NCBI GenBank assembly: GCA_963727445.1
Contig: CAVSGI010000005.1
Span: 1 to 64,000 of the forward strand
Direction: 5' to 3'
DNA length: 64,000 nt
Source: an uncultured delta proteobacterium
Lineage (GTDB): Bacteria; Myxococcota_A; Polyangia; Polyangiales; B10-G4
Positions 10,163 to 20,036 of the stretch are shown here, piece after piece (the first letter of the stretch is position 1; every line of letters begins with the position of its first letter). The position numbers were made by a program, and so were the translations under genes. Under the pieces are notes generated by a model, which saw nothing but the letters and a program-made list of their open reading frames with translations, did no database searches and was not told the origin of the DNA.

Positions 10163-11040
10163 GCCGAGAGCCCCGCCATGTCGAGGGCTGCGCGGATCCG
10201 CTCCTGCGCCTTCTCGGTCGGCCAGGTCATGGGGAGCCGGATCTCCTCGGCGATGTGGCCCGCGCGGGCGAGCACGTACTTGATGGGCCCGGGGTTGGGC
10301 TCGATGAACATCGCCTCGTAGACCGGCAGGAGGCGGTGCTGCGCCGCGCGCGCCCCAGCGAGATCCCCGTCCCGCATCTTGTGCGCCACCTCCGCCACCT
10401 CGGCGGGGAAGGCGTTCGAGGCGACGCTCACCACGCCGCGGCCGCCCACCGCCATGATGCCGACCGTGAGCGCGTCGTCTCCCGAGAGGATGCTGTAGCG
10501 ATCGCCGCAGAGCGCCGCGACCTCCTGGCTGCGGACGATGTTGCCGGTCGCTTCCTTGATGGCGACGATCTGCTCGACGTCCATCAGGCGCAGGAAGGAC
10601 TGCGCGCTCAGATCCACGTGGGTGCGGCCCGGGATGTTGTAGAGCATCGCCGGCATCGGCACGGCGTCGAGGACCGCGCGGAAGTGCGCGACGAGCCCGG
10701 CCTGCGTCGGCTTGTTGTAGTAGGGGCAGACCAAGAGGAGGCCGTCGGCCCCCGCTTCGCGGCAGACCTTGGCGAGGGCGACGGTCTTGCTCGTGCTGTT
10801 GGTGCCGGCGCCCGCGATCACGGGGACGCGACCCTTGGCCTGCTCGACCACGATGCGCACCACGCGGGCGTGCTCGTCGCCCACGAGGGTCACGCTCTCG
10901 CCGGTGGTGCCGCAGGGCACCAGGCCATCGATGCCAGCGGCGATCTGACGCTCGACGAGATCCCTCAGGGCCTCCTCGTCGAGCTCGCCATTTCGGAACG
11001 GGGTGACAAGCGCGGTGTACGCACCCTCCCAGGTAGTCAT
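10159..11040 (-). CDS. dapA: 4-hydroxy-tetrahydrodipicolinate synthase
   Basis: TALVTPF, GTTGES, YNIPGRT, IKEATG. Confidence 0.97.
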   Translation of the reverse strand: MTTWEGAYTALVTPFRNGELDEEALRDLVERQIAAGIDGLVPCGTTGESVTLVGDEHARVVRIVVEQAKGRVPVIAGAGTNSTSKTVALAKVCREAGADGLLLVCPYYNKPTQAGLVAHFRAVLDAVPMPAMLYNIPGRTHVDLSAQSFLRLMDVEQIVAIKEATGNIVRSQEVAALCGDRYSILSGDDALTVGIMAVGGRGVVSVASNAFPAEVAEVAHKMRDGDLAGARAAQHRLLPVYEAMFIEPNPGPIKYVLARAGHIAEEIRLPMTWPTEKAQERIRAALDMAGLSA

Positions 11041-11121
11041 GGGGCGCAAGGATAGGGATGGATCGCCCGCTTTCAAAAGCCCCCCTCAGCGATCGGTGCA
11101 GATCGGGCTATTGTCGGCGCC

Positions 11122-12810
11122 GTGGAGGGTGTGCCCGCATCGGTCGTGACGGCGATCGCCTTGTCGGCGGCGGCAGGGAAGAACCCGTGGATCCCCCTCG
11201 GCCTGCTCTTTGTCCTCGCGGCGCCCGATGGGGTGCCGGCGATCTTCATGGAGCCCGAGCTCCACGAGGCGCTTCACGGTCTCGGTCCCCCCGCGCTCCT
11301 GTGGTCCCTGGCCGCCCTCTTCCTGGTGGTCGCCTGCCTCGAGTCCTTCGCCGACAAGATCCGCTGGGTGGAGAGCTGGCTCGTGCCGCTGTCCACCACC
11401 TGGCGTCCCTTCGCCTCGGTCGCGGTCGCGGCGATCGTGGCCTACGCCGCGGCGGACGCCGCGCCCATCCAGATGGAGCTCGAGGCCGCGCTTCCCATCG
11501 ACGTGGTCCGCGCCGAGACCGGACACTGGGTGGGGGCGTCCGTCTTCGTTCTGACGCTGCTCGGCGGCGGGGTCTACGGATGGCTCTCCACCATCGGCAA
11601 GACCGGCACCCGGCTGCTCCTGGCCCTCGTGCCGCTGCCCTCCCTCAAGCTCGTCCACTCCTTCGTCGACGACCTCTTCGCGCTCGCGCTCTCCTTCGCC
11701 GGCTTCGCCCTCGGCGACAGCTTGCTGCTCGCGGTCGCGCTCGGGCTCTACCTCCTCGTCGGTCTCTTCACCGGGCCGCTCCTCACCCGCCTCGCCTGGA
11801 TCAACTTCCGCATCGGCCTCGCCCTGGTCCACAAGATGCGCCGCAAGGCCGGGGCCGAAGCGGAGGCCGTCGCCCCGCCGAAGTGGCTCGCGCGCGCCGC
11901 GGCCGAGCGCGGCCTCGATCTCGCCGCCGCGCATCTTCTCCCCTGCTACGCGTACAAGGCGCGTGAGGCCGGGCGGTGCCGAGTGGGCTATCTCCTCCTC
12001 GCCACCGACGCGGCCTACTTCGCGACGCGCGTGATGTGGCGTCCGGTGCTGGTGTCGTTTCCGCACACGGATCTGACCCGGGTGGGGCTCGCCCAGACGA
12101 CGACCACGCGCAGCGTCGCCCTCGGCGAGCAGACGGAGTCGGGGGCCATCGACGAGGTGGTGCTCTACCTCTTTCCCTCGGTGGAGGAGGACGTGCTGCC
12201 GCTCCTCGACAGCGCCGCCGACGCCACGCGCCTGCGCCGGGTGCGCCCCGAGAGCGAGTCCGCGCGCGGCGGCCTGCCGGGCTACGCGCAGCGCGGCAAG
12301 TCGGTGCGATTCATCCTGCCCCTCGAAGCGGGGAGCCTGCGCACGCAGGCGCTGCTCACCATCGGCGCCGCCGTCGTGGGCGGTCTCCTCACCGGCGGGC
12401 TCTTCATCCCCATCGGCCTCGGCTACGCCCTGTCCCCCTTTCCCCGGCGCTTCTTCCTCGGGCTCTTGGCCAGCGGCTACCTGACCCTGGCGGTGCTGGG
12501 CACCATGGGCTTCGGCTGGCCGGTCGCGGTGATCTACGCCGTGCTGCTCAACACGCTCGCGCTTCGCGATCTCGCCCGCACCGCGCTCAAGGCGCGCATC
12601 GATGGCTATGTGGACAAACGCGCCTTCCTGCCGACCGTGAGCGAGCGGGTCTGGGTGCCCGGAGCGCGTCTGCTCCGCGAGGAAGACCTCTTCCACGAGG
12701 GCGACCCCATCCCCCTCACCGACGCGCCCTGGCGCACGGTGGTGACGTTGCTGGCCGAGGACGCCGAGGAAGACGAGGGCCCCGAACCAGCCGAAGCCGC
12801 TCAGCCCTGA
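11122..12810 (+). CDS. DUF4126-like membrane protein with long C-terminal extension
   Basis: N-terminal AAAGKNPWIPL...LESFADKI pattern; multiple TM segments. Confidence 0.6.
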   Translation: MEGVPASVVTAIALSAAAGKNPWIPLGLLFVLAAPDGVPAIFMEPELHEALHGLGPPALLWSLAALFLVVACLESFADKIRWVESWLVPLSTTWRPFASVAVAAIVAYAAADAAPIQMELEAALPIDVVRAETGHWVGASVFVLTLLGGGVYGWLSTIGKTGTRLLLALVPLPSLKLVHSFVDDLFALALSFAGFALGDSLLLAVALGLYLLVGLFTGPLLTRLAWINFRIGLALVHKMRRKAGAEAEAVAPPKWLARAAAERGLDLAAAHLLPCYAYKAREAGRCRVGYLLLATDAAYFATRVMWRPVLVSFPHTDLTRVGLAQTTTTRSVALGEQTESGAIDEVVLYLFPSVEEDVLPLLDSAADATRLRRVRPESESARGGLPGYAQRGKSVRFILPLEAGSLRTQALLTIGAAVVGGLLTGGLFIPIGLGYALSPFPRRFFLGLLASGYLTLAVLGTMGFGWPVAVIYAVLLNTLALRDLARTALKARIDGYVDKRAFLPTVSERVWVPGARLLREEDLFHEGDPIPLTDAPWRTVVTLLAEDAEEDEGPEPAEAAQP

Positions 12811-13784
12811 GCCGCGAAGAGTCGCTCTCCGAGCTCGACGAGATAGGTGCTCCGTTCGACGTCGTCGCGAAGCGACGCATCGATCGCTTCGAGACCGAGG
12901 CGCGCGCCGGCGACGCCGCCGACGATGGTGGCGATGGTGTCCGAGTCTCCGTCGGTGATCGAGGCGGTGTGGATGGCGCCGAAGAAGTCGTCGGGGTGTC
13001 GCCGCAGGCAGTAGAGGGCACAGGCCACGGCCTCTTCCGCGATCCACGCCTCGCCGATGCCTTCCTCGCTCAGCGCGACCGCCGGGTCTGCGTCGCGGAA
13101 GCGCCGTAGTCGCTCCATCGCTTCGTCGAAGTCCGTGGACTCGCCCCGGCACTCGTCGGCCACCGCCACCGTCATCTCTTCAGGGCTCGCGTCTTCGAGG
13201 GCGAGCGCCACCATCAACGCCACCGCCGCGGAGCTCGCCACCGCCGCCGGGTGACCATGGGTCGGCAGGCTGGTGGCGCGCGCGAGCGCCAGCATTCGCT
13301 CCCGGTCCTGGGGCTGCCACAGACCCACCGGCACCACGCGCATCGGCGCGCCGGCGCCTTTGGAGTCGGCGACGCCCGCCTCGCGCCAGGGCACGCCGCG
13401 GCCGAGGTTGCGACAGCCGGTCATGCAGGTGTTGCCGGGCGCGCGATCGTTGTCGTCCGAACGACTCCACTCGACGAAGCGCCCACAGACCTTCGCGAGC
13501 TGGGTCTCGAGATCCGCGCCGCGCCCTGCGTCGAGGAGCCCCTCGGCGATGGCGATGCTCATCTGGGTGTCGTCGCTGAAGGTGCCCGGCGGGTGGTCCT
13601 TGCCGAGGATCACGGGACGCTCGGGCCAGCGGGGGTCGTGTACGGCGACCATCGCGCGCGGGCCGTCGGGCGGAAAGGCGGCGACGATCGCGTCGCGCCG
13701 GCGAAACTCGCAGGGGTAGCCGAAGGCGTCGCCCACCGCGAGCCCGACGATCGCGCCCGTGTAACGCGACGCGCGCGAGCTCAT
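12801..13784 (-). CDS. ADP-ribosylglycohydrolase family protein
   Basis: GLAVGDAFG, FSDDTQM, GAPMRV, THGHP, DGDSDTIA. Confidence 0.92.
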   Translation of the reverse strand: MSSRASRYTGAIVGLAVGDAFGYPCEFRRRDAIVAAFPPDGPRAMVAVHDPRWPERPVILGKDHPPGTFSDDTQMSIAIAEGLLDAGRGADLETQLAKVCGRFVEWSRSDDNDRAPGNTCMTGCRNLGRGVPWREAGVADSKGAGAPMRVVPVGLWQPQDRERMLALARATSLPTHGHPAAVASSAAVALMVALALEDASPEEMTVAVADECRGESTDFDEAMERLRRFRDADPAVALSEEGIGEAWIAEEAVACALYCLRRHPDDFFGAIHTASITDGDSDTIATIVGGVAGARLGLEAIDASLRDDVERSTYLVELGERLFAAQG

Positions 13785-14785
13785 GGATAGGTCGTGCCGG
13801 CGGTCGCGGCGCCGCCAGTGTCGCCGCGCCCCAGGGCCGAAGCGACCACCGTGATGTTCCAGCCGCCGGCCATCAGCTGGTCCGAGACGGAGGTCTCTAC
13901 CGAAAAGCTCCCCGAAGCCCCGCCTCCCGGAAGGTTGCCGAGGTCTGCCGCCGGAACGGTGCCCATCCCACTGGTTCCGTCGAAGGTGCAGGCGAGGCTC
14001 ACCGTCCGGGAGCCGCCGGTCATCGGCATCTCGAATCCGCTGAGGCGGACGATCACGTCGGTCGCGCTGCTCGTCGCCCCCCACGTGACGTTCAAGTCCG
14101 CCGCGCGATTGAGGCTGAGCAAGCCCATCATGACGCTCGGGCTCGTGACGTTCACGGTCTCGGGCGCCGTGAGGGTGCGGGCGAAGGCGGGCACCTCGTC
14201 CCCGGTGGCGGTGAAGCTCAGCGTCTCGCCGCCCGTGTAGAGCATCGTGGTGCCCGTGGCTGCGGGATAGATCCCGTTCATCCCGGGCACGAGGTCGATT
14301 GCCGTCGCGGCGCCAGTGATGGAGATGGCGCCGGCGTGAGGCGCTGTGGGGATTCCGGCGTCGCCCATGCCGGCGTCTCCCACGCCACCGTCCATGGGTG
14401 GGCTGGTCACGCACTCGGTGATGGTGCACGCCGTCCCATCGGTGGTCGTACACCCGCTCGGGGTCGCCGAATCGCGGACGAAGGCGGCGGTCGCCGCGTA
14501 GCTCGCCGCATCCATGGGCAGCGGCGTCTGGCTCAGCGCCACCGTGCCGGTGCCGAGCACGGGCGTGCCCGTGTCCGCCGCGGAGTCCATCGGCGAACCA
14601 TCCGGAGGACCGGAGTCGGTAGGTACACCGGTGTCCACCGCTGCGTCGCCGCCGCCCACCGGCACACACTGCTCCGCCATGCAGCGATTGAAGACAGGGC
14701 AATCGGTGTCGATGACGCATTGAGCATCCGAGCCACCACACGCCGCGGTGAGAGGGAGCAGAAGCAGGGAAATAGCCGCGCGCAT
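13781..14785 (-). CDS. Hypothetical lipoprotein
   Basis: LTAACGG lipobox; Cys-rich N-terminal repeat; Thr/Gly-rich beta domain; ATGA overlap with next gene. Confidence 0.7.
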   Translation of the reverse strand: MRAAISLLLLPLTAACGGSDAQCVIDTDCPVFNRCMAEQCVPVGGGDAAVDTGVPTDSGPPDGSPMDSAADTGTPVLGTGTVALSQTPLPMDAASYAATAAFVRDSATPSGCTTTDGTACTITECVTSPPMDGGVGDAGMGDAGIPTAPHAGAISITGAATAIDLVPGMNGIYPAATGTTMLYTGGETLSFTATGDEVPAFARTLTAPETVNVTSPSVMMGLLSLNRAADLNVTWGATSSATDVIVRLSGFEMPMTGGSRTVSLACTFDGTSGMGTVPAADLGNLPGGGASGSFSVETSVSDQLMAGGWNITVVASALGRGDTGGAATAGTTYP

Positions 14786-14880
14786 GAGCCGAGCCTACTC
14801 GCGCGTGGGCCCGGTACCCAGCAAAAAGCCGCATGAATCCGCGGTACCCGGGCCTCGATGCGACTGCTATCGTACGGGCG

Positions 14881-16860
14881 ATGAGCGGGGAAAGCGCCAT
14901 CTGCCCTGCGTGCGGGGGGGAGAATCTCGCGGCCGCCAAGTTCTGCGGAAGCTGCGGCCACGACCTGAGCGCCCCTGCGCCTCAGACGCCCGCCCCCGCG
15001 CCTCAGGCGCCCGAGCCGGTGGAGCCCGCGTCCAGTCCGAAGCGAACGATGCTCGGCATGTCGGCGGTCCCCATGCCCGAAGGTCTGACGCAAGGGCCGC
15101 CGCAGAGCCCGCCGAGCGCGCCCGCCGCCGAGCCGCCGAGCGCGCCCGCCGCCGAGTCGCCGCCTGCCGAGCCGACGCCCACGCCTTCGCCTTCGTCGCC
15201 TTCGAGCTCGGGCCGCGCGCGGACGATGCTCGGCATGTCGCCCATCGTCCCGCCGGGTCAGGAGCTGCCGAGCATCCCCTCATCGGAGCCGAGCGCTGCG
15301 CCGACGTCCCCGACACCGACGGAGAGCGCGCCGGCGGAGACCACGCCGGCACAAGACGCATCTTCGTCGCCGGGAACACTTCCCGCGACCACCAATCGAA
15401 CGATGCTGGGCATGCCGCAGGTCGAGCTCGAGAAGGCGGCTGCCGCGGCGCGGGCGGCGAAGGAGGCTCGGGCCGAGGGAGCGCAGAGTCCGGCGCTCGG
15501 GCCGACCAACCGGACGATGTTGGGGATGACGGCGCAGCCGATGCCCAACCAGCCCAGCGACAGCCAGCCGCCCGGTCCTCCCGCCGCGACCCCCGTGGCG
15601 GGTCGGCGGCGGCGCGCGGAGGTCCAGTTCGACGGCGTGTCCTCGGTGCCGCCCCCACCGCCGAAGCGCGGCGTGAGCCCTCTGGTCGTGGTGGGTGTGC
15701 TGGGCGTGCTCCTGCTCTTGACGATCGGCGGAGGGCTGGGTCTGTATCTGATCTTCGGCGGCGAAGACGTCACCGTGCGTGCCTCGGTGGCCCCCACCGA
15801 AGCGGGAGACGGTCTTCGGGTCGAGGTCGGCGGCGACGGCGCGACCCACGTACGCTTCGCCGGGCAGGAAGTGGCGCTCGAGGACGGGGTGGCGACCTTC
15901 CCTCTGGCCCCCGACAGCCTCCATCTCGGGGACAACCAGCTCACCGTCGAGCTGATCGACGAGTCCGGAGAGGCCTCGGCGCACGAGGTGACGCTCACCG
16001 TGAGCTATCGGATCCGCGCGGACGTCACCACGCTCACCGCCGACCCGCCCGTGTTGACCATCGCCGTCGACGCGCTCCCGGGATCCACCGTGACGATCGG
16101 TGGAGAGGCGGTCACCCTCGACGCCGAGGGCCACGGCGCGCGCACTTTTCCCATCGACGCCGCGACGAGCGAGGCCGTCCTCGAGCATCGCGCGGAGTAC
16201 CGGGTCTCGCTGCCCGACGGCCAGGAGCACGCCGGCTCGGTGGAGACGCGCGTGCCTTACGCGACGCTGCAGATCGATCGCCCCGGCTCCAACGTCGTGA
16301 CGGACGCCGAGAGCGTGGAGATCGCGGGTGCGGTGAATCCGAACGCCACTCTGACCATCGACGGCTCCGAGGTCACCCTCACGGAGGAGGGGCGCTTCGT
16401 CCACGGGCTCGCGCTCGACGAGGTGGGCGAGCACGACGTGCGCATCGTGGCCCGCCAGCCGGGGAGGGCACCTCGCGTAGCCACCATCACGATTCGGCGC
16501 GTCGAGGACCTCGCCCGCGAGGCCGCCTCTTTCCGGCCCGAGCCGGACATGACCTACGCCCGCCTCGCACAGAACGCGACCACGTACCGGGGCCATCGCA
16601 TCGCCCTCGAGGGGCGCATCTACAACATCAACGTCGCGAACGGTCAGAGCGTGCTCCAGATGCTCGTGCGGGAGTGTCCGCGCGGCGAGCGCTGCCCGCT
16701 CTGGGTGACCTATCCCCAGGCGACCGACGCGACGATCAACGACTGGGTCCGGGTGCTGGGCACGGTGGGAGGCGAGCAGCAGTTCCGCTCCGAGAGCGGT
16801 CGCGTCATCACGGTTCCGCGCGTCGACGCGCAGTTCGTCCTGCCGTCACGGGCTCACTGA
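14881..16860 (+). CDS. Zinc-ribbon, Pro-rich, single-TM protein with extracytoplasmic Ig-like repeats and OB-fold-like C-terminus
   Basis: CPACGGENLAAAKFCGSCG; four RTMLGM motifs; TM VVVGVLGVLLLL; C-terminal YARLAQNATTYRG...VLGTVGG...TVPRV. Confidence 0.7.
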   Translation: MSGESAICPACGGENLAAAKFCGSCGHDLSAPAPQTPAPAPQAPEPVEPASSPKRTMLGMSAVPMPEGLTQGPPQSPPSAPAAEPPSAPAAESPPAEPTPTPSPSSPSSSGRARTMLGMSPIVPPGQELPSIPSSEPSAAPTSPTPTESAPAETTPAQDASSSPGTLPATTNRTMLGMPQVELEKAAAAARAAKEARAEGAQSPALGPTNRTMLGMTAQPMPNQPSDSQPPGPPAATPVAGRRRRAEVQFDGVSSVPPPPPKRGVSPLVVVGVLGVLLLLTIGGGLGLYLIFGGEDVTVRASVAPTEAGDGLRVEVGGDGATHVRFAGQEVALEDGVATFPLAPDSLHLGDNQLTVELIDESGEASAHEVTLTVSYRIRADVTTLTADPPVLTIAVDALPGSTVTIGGEAVTLDAEGHGARTFPIDAATSEAVLEHRAEYRVSLPDGQEHAGSVETRVPYATLQIDRPGSNVVTDAESVEIAGAVNPNATLTIDGSEVTLTEEGRFVHGLALDEVGEHDVRIVARQPGRAPRVATITIRRVEDLAREAASFRPEPDMTYARLAQNATTYRGHRIALEGRIYNINVANGQSVLQMLVRECPRGERCPLWVTYPQATDATINDWVRVLGTVGGEQQFRSESGRVITVPRVDAQFVLPSRAH

Positions 16861-18876
16861 TGGCGCTGGCCGAGGGCGATACCGCGGAGCTGTCGGCCTG
16901 CCCCGCCTGCACCCGGGTCAACCCGCAGGACGCGCGCTTCTGCGCCAGCTGCGGTATCGCGCTCTCCACCTCCGGCACGGAAGCGGCGGTCAACGTCGCC
17001 GATCCCCTCATCGGAAGGGTGATCGCCGACCGCTACAAGATCGAAGCGCTCCTCGGGCGCGGCGGGATGGGCGTCGTCTACAAGATCGAGCACGTCCACA
17101 TCGGCAAGCTGATGGCGATGAAGCTCCTCCACGGCGAGCTCTCGCGCGACAAGGAGACGCTCAAACGCTTCAAGCGCGAAGCCGAAGCCGCATCGCGCCT
17201 CGACCATCCCAACACGGTGCAGATCTTCGACTTCGGTCGCGACCAGGGCCTGACCTACCTGGTCATGGAGTACCTCGACGGTCACGACCTCGGCTGGGTG
17301 ATCCAGCACGAGGGCGCACTGACCTTCGCGCGCTGCGCCCGGATCTGCGCGCAGGCGTGCGCCTCGATCAGTCAAGCGCACTCGGTCGGGATCGTCCACC
17401 GCGACATCAAGCCGGAGAACATCATGATCATCCAGGGCCGCGAGCGGCCGGACATGGTCAAGGTGCTCGACTTCGGTCTCGCGAAGCTGCGTCACTCCGA
17501 TTCCGGCGACAGACGCTGACCCGCCAGGGCTCGATCATCGGCACGCCCTACTACATGGCGCCGGAGCACATTCGCGGTGAGGAGGTCGACGCGCGCGCCG
17601 ACGTCTATTCCCTCGGCGCCGTGATGTACAAGGCCATCGCCGGCGTGCCCCCGTTCTGGGCGTCCTCGCCGATGGGCGTTCTGACCAAGCACCTCACGGA
17701 CGAGGTGGTGCCGCCCCGCGATCGGGCGAGCCGCCGTGATCTGCCACCCGAAGCCGACGCGATCATCCTCAAGGCGATGCAGAAGGAGCCCGCCGATCGC
17801 TACCAGAACATGGACGAGCTTCGCGCGGACCTCGCCGGCGTATCTCGCGTCCATCGGTGAGGAGCTCACCGATTCGACGCTGAGCTTTCCCACCGGCGCC
17901 AAGCTCGACCACCGCGTCGGGCAAGCAGGCGGTGGTGCCGGTCGCGACCCGCGGCGACATCGACCACTACGAAAAGCGCCTCGCGCGCAAGGGTTGGATC
18001 GGACGTGCGCTCCTGGTGGTCGCGCTCTTCGGTGTCCTGGGGGCCGGCTGGTACGCCTACCGGCACCCCGCCGAGTCTCAGGTCCGGCGCCGGGAGACGG
18101 AGCCCAACGACGATCCCGCGACCGCCAATCCACTGCCCCACGACCTGGTCGTGCGCGGCAGGCTGGGCAAGCGGCAGTCGCGGCTGGTGGGGGACACCGA
18201 CGTCTTCGTGATCGAGAACGCGGGCGGCGAGCGCCGGTTCATGTCCTTCGAGGTGACCGGGCTCCCCAACATGGACATCGCGGTGGACGTGGTGAAGGCG
18301 GGCATCGAGACGCCGGCGCTGATCGCCGACTCGACTCGCGTGGGCGGCGGAGAGGCAGTGCCGAACTTCCCGCTGAGCGGTGCGACCTATTATCTCCGCA
18401 TCCGTGAGGTCCGCGAAGCGGGCTCGCTGCCGACCGAGAACGTCTCGGACGAATACGGGATCCACTGGGACTTCGTCGACATCGACACCGGGCAGGAGCG
18501 TGAGGTGAACGACTCCCTCGAGCTCGCCGAGACCATCGCCGTCGGCCTGCCGCGACAGGGCTACATCGGATGGCAGGGAGACGAAGACTTCTACTGCGCG
18601 GACGCCGATGGACCCGTGGTGGATGTGACGCTGAGCGCGGTGCCCGACGTGGACCTGGTGTTGAGGGTCGTCGATTGCGTCACCGCTTCGAGCGAGAAGA
18701 TCGACGAGGGGAACATCGGCCAGCCCGAGTCCACGGCTGATGTCGGGCCACTCCGGCGCAACACCACCTGCTTCGAGGTGGCGGCGACCATCGGCGGGGT
18801 GGGCGCGACTTCGAATCCCGAGACTCCCTACACCCTGCGGCTGACGCCGGCTGCCCAGGGGCAGGACGCGCCATGA
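16860..18876 (+). CDS. Membrane Ser/Thr protein kinase with N-terminal zinc ribbon and extracellular PPC-like repeats (frameshifts ~17510, ~17840, ~17920)
   Basis: LGRGGMGVVY, HRDIKPEN, DFG, GTPYYMAPE; TM segment; ETEPND/EREVND repeats. Confidence 0.88.
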
Positions 18877-20036
18877 GACGCTACCTACCGGCGGCGCTCG
18901 CTCTCGGCGCGACCGCGGCGCTCTTCATCATCGGGGCGCTGGCCACACCGGCCCGCGCGCGCCCGGTGCACGTAGGCCGTTACACCGAGATCCCCTACGG
19001 CGTTCCCGACGAGCCCTGGGTGACGGGCGGCGGCGGACCGCGCCGCAACGGTCGCTCGGAGTTCCGCGCCCCGGTCGAGGCACCCACGAAGCTGTGGGAG
19101 CGGCGGCTGCGGGCATCGCGGCCTTCGGCGCCGGTGGTCGTGGGCGACGGTGAGCTCTACGTCTCGACCTCCACCGGCCTCATCGCCCTCGCACCCGACG
19201 GAACGATACGTTGGTCGCAGCGGCTCGGCTTCGTGGCGGCGACGCCGGCGCTCACGCCCACCCGCGAGCTGGTCGTCGGCACCAACGCCGGCGCGCTGGT
19301 GACGCTCTCGCGCGACGGAGAGCTGAAGGGTCGCACCTCGGTTGGCGGCGCGGTGCGCAGCTCGCCCCTGGTGCTGCACGACGGTTCGGTGGTGGTCAAC
19401 GCCTACGACCAGGCGGTGCACCGCTTCGACGCGGAAGGGCGCGAGGTCTTCCGCGTGTCGATGAACGGCCAGACGAACGAGCCCGTGGCCTGGACGCGCG
19501 ACGGCCTGCTCCTGGTTCCGGCCGCCGATTGGCTGCACGTGCTGAGCGCGCGTGGGGATCGCGTCGCCTCACACACCGTGGGGGCGTCCATCATCGCGGG
19601 GCCCGCAGTGGCCGACGACGGCACGGCCTGGGTGGTGGCGCAGGATGGCTCGGCGCATCAGCTCCAGCCCCGTGGCGGCAGACGAAGCCGCACCGAGCTC
19701 GACATCGCCGTCGGCTCGGATACAGGCATCGCCATCGGTAGCGACGGAGCGGTGCGGATCCCGGGGCGCGACGATGGCATCGTCTGTCTCGGGCCGACCG
19801 GGACGGAGCGCTGGCGTGTGACCGGAGAGGGCGGCTTCCCGGGCCAGCTCACGGTCGACGCCGCCGGGGTGACCCTCGGCGTGAGCGACACCGGGCGCCT
19901 GGTCGCGGTCGATCCGGGCGGCAACGTCCTGTGGCGGGCGGACCTCGAGTCGCGCGGACAGGCGGCGCCCGTGCTCGGCGCCGACGGGACGGTCTACGTG
20001 GCCACGGCGCGGGGATCGATCGAGGCATGGCGCTGA
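18873..20036 (+). CDS. PQQ-like beta-propeller repeat secreted protein
   Basis: Signal peptide; repeated DGT..W and PVLGADGTVYV blades. Confidence 0.85.
   Translation: MRRYLPAALALGATAALFIIGALATPARARPVHVGRYTEIPYGVPDEPWVTGGGGPRRNGRSEFRAPVEAPTKLWERRLRASRPSAPVVVGDGELYVSTSTGLIALAPDGTIRWSQRLGFVAATPALTPTRELVVGTNAGALVTLSRDGELKGRTSVGGAVRSSPLVLHDGSVVVNAYDQAVHRFDAEGREVFRVSMNGQTNEPVAWTRDGLLLVPAADWLHVLSARGDRVASHTVGASIIAGPAVADDGTAWVVAQDGSAHQLQPRGGRRSRTELDIAVGSDTGIAIGSDGAVRIPGRDDGIVCLGPTGTERWRVTGEGGFPGQLTVDAAGVTLGVSDTGRLVAVDPGGNVLWRADLESRGQAAPVLGADGTVYVATARGSIEAWR

Noticed and set aside
12801..14785. Toxin/antitoxin or defence pair involving the ADP-ribosylglycohydrolase
   Set aside because: No ADP-ribosyltransferase-like neighbour; the upstream gene is an ordinary-looking lipoprotein
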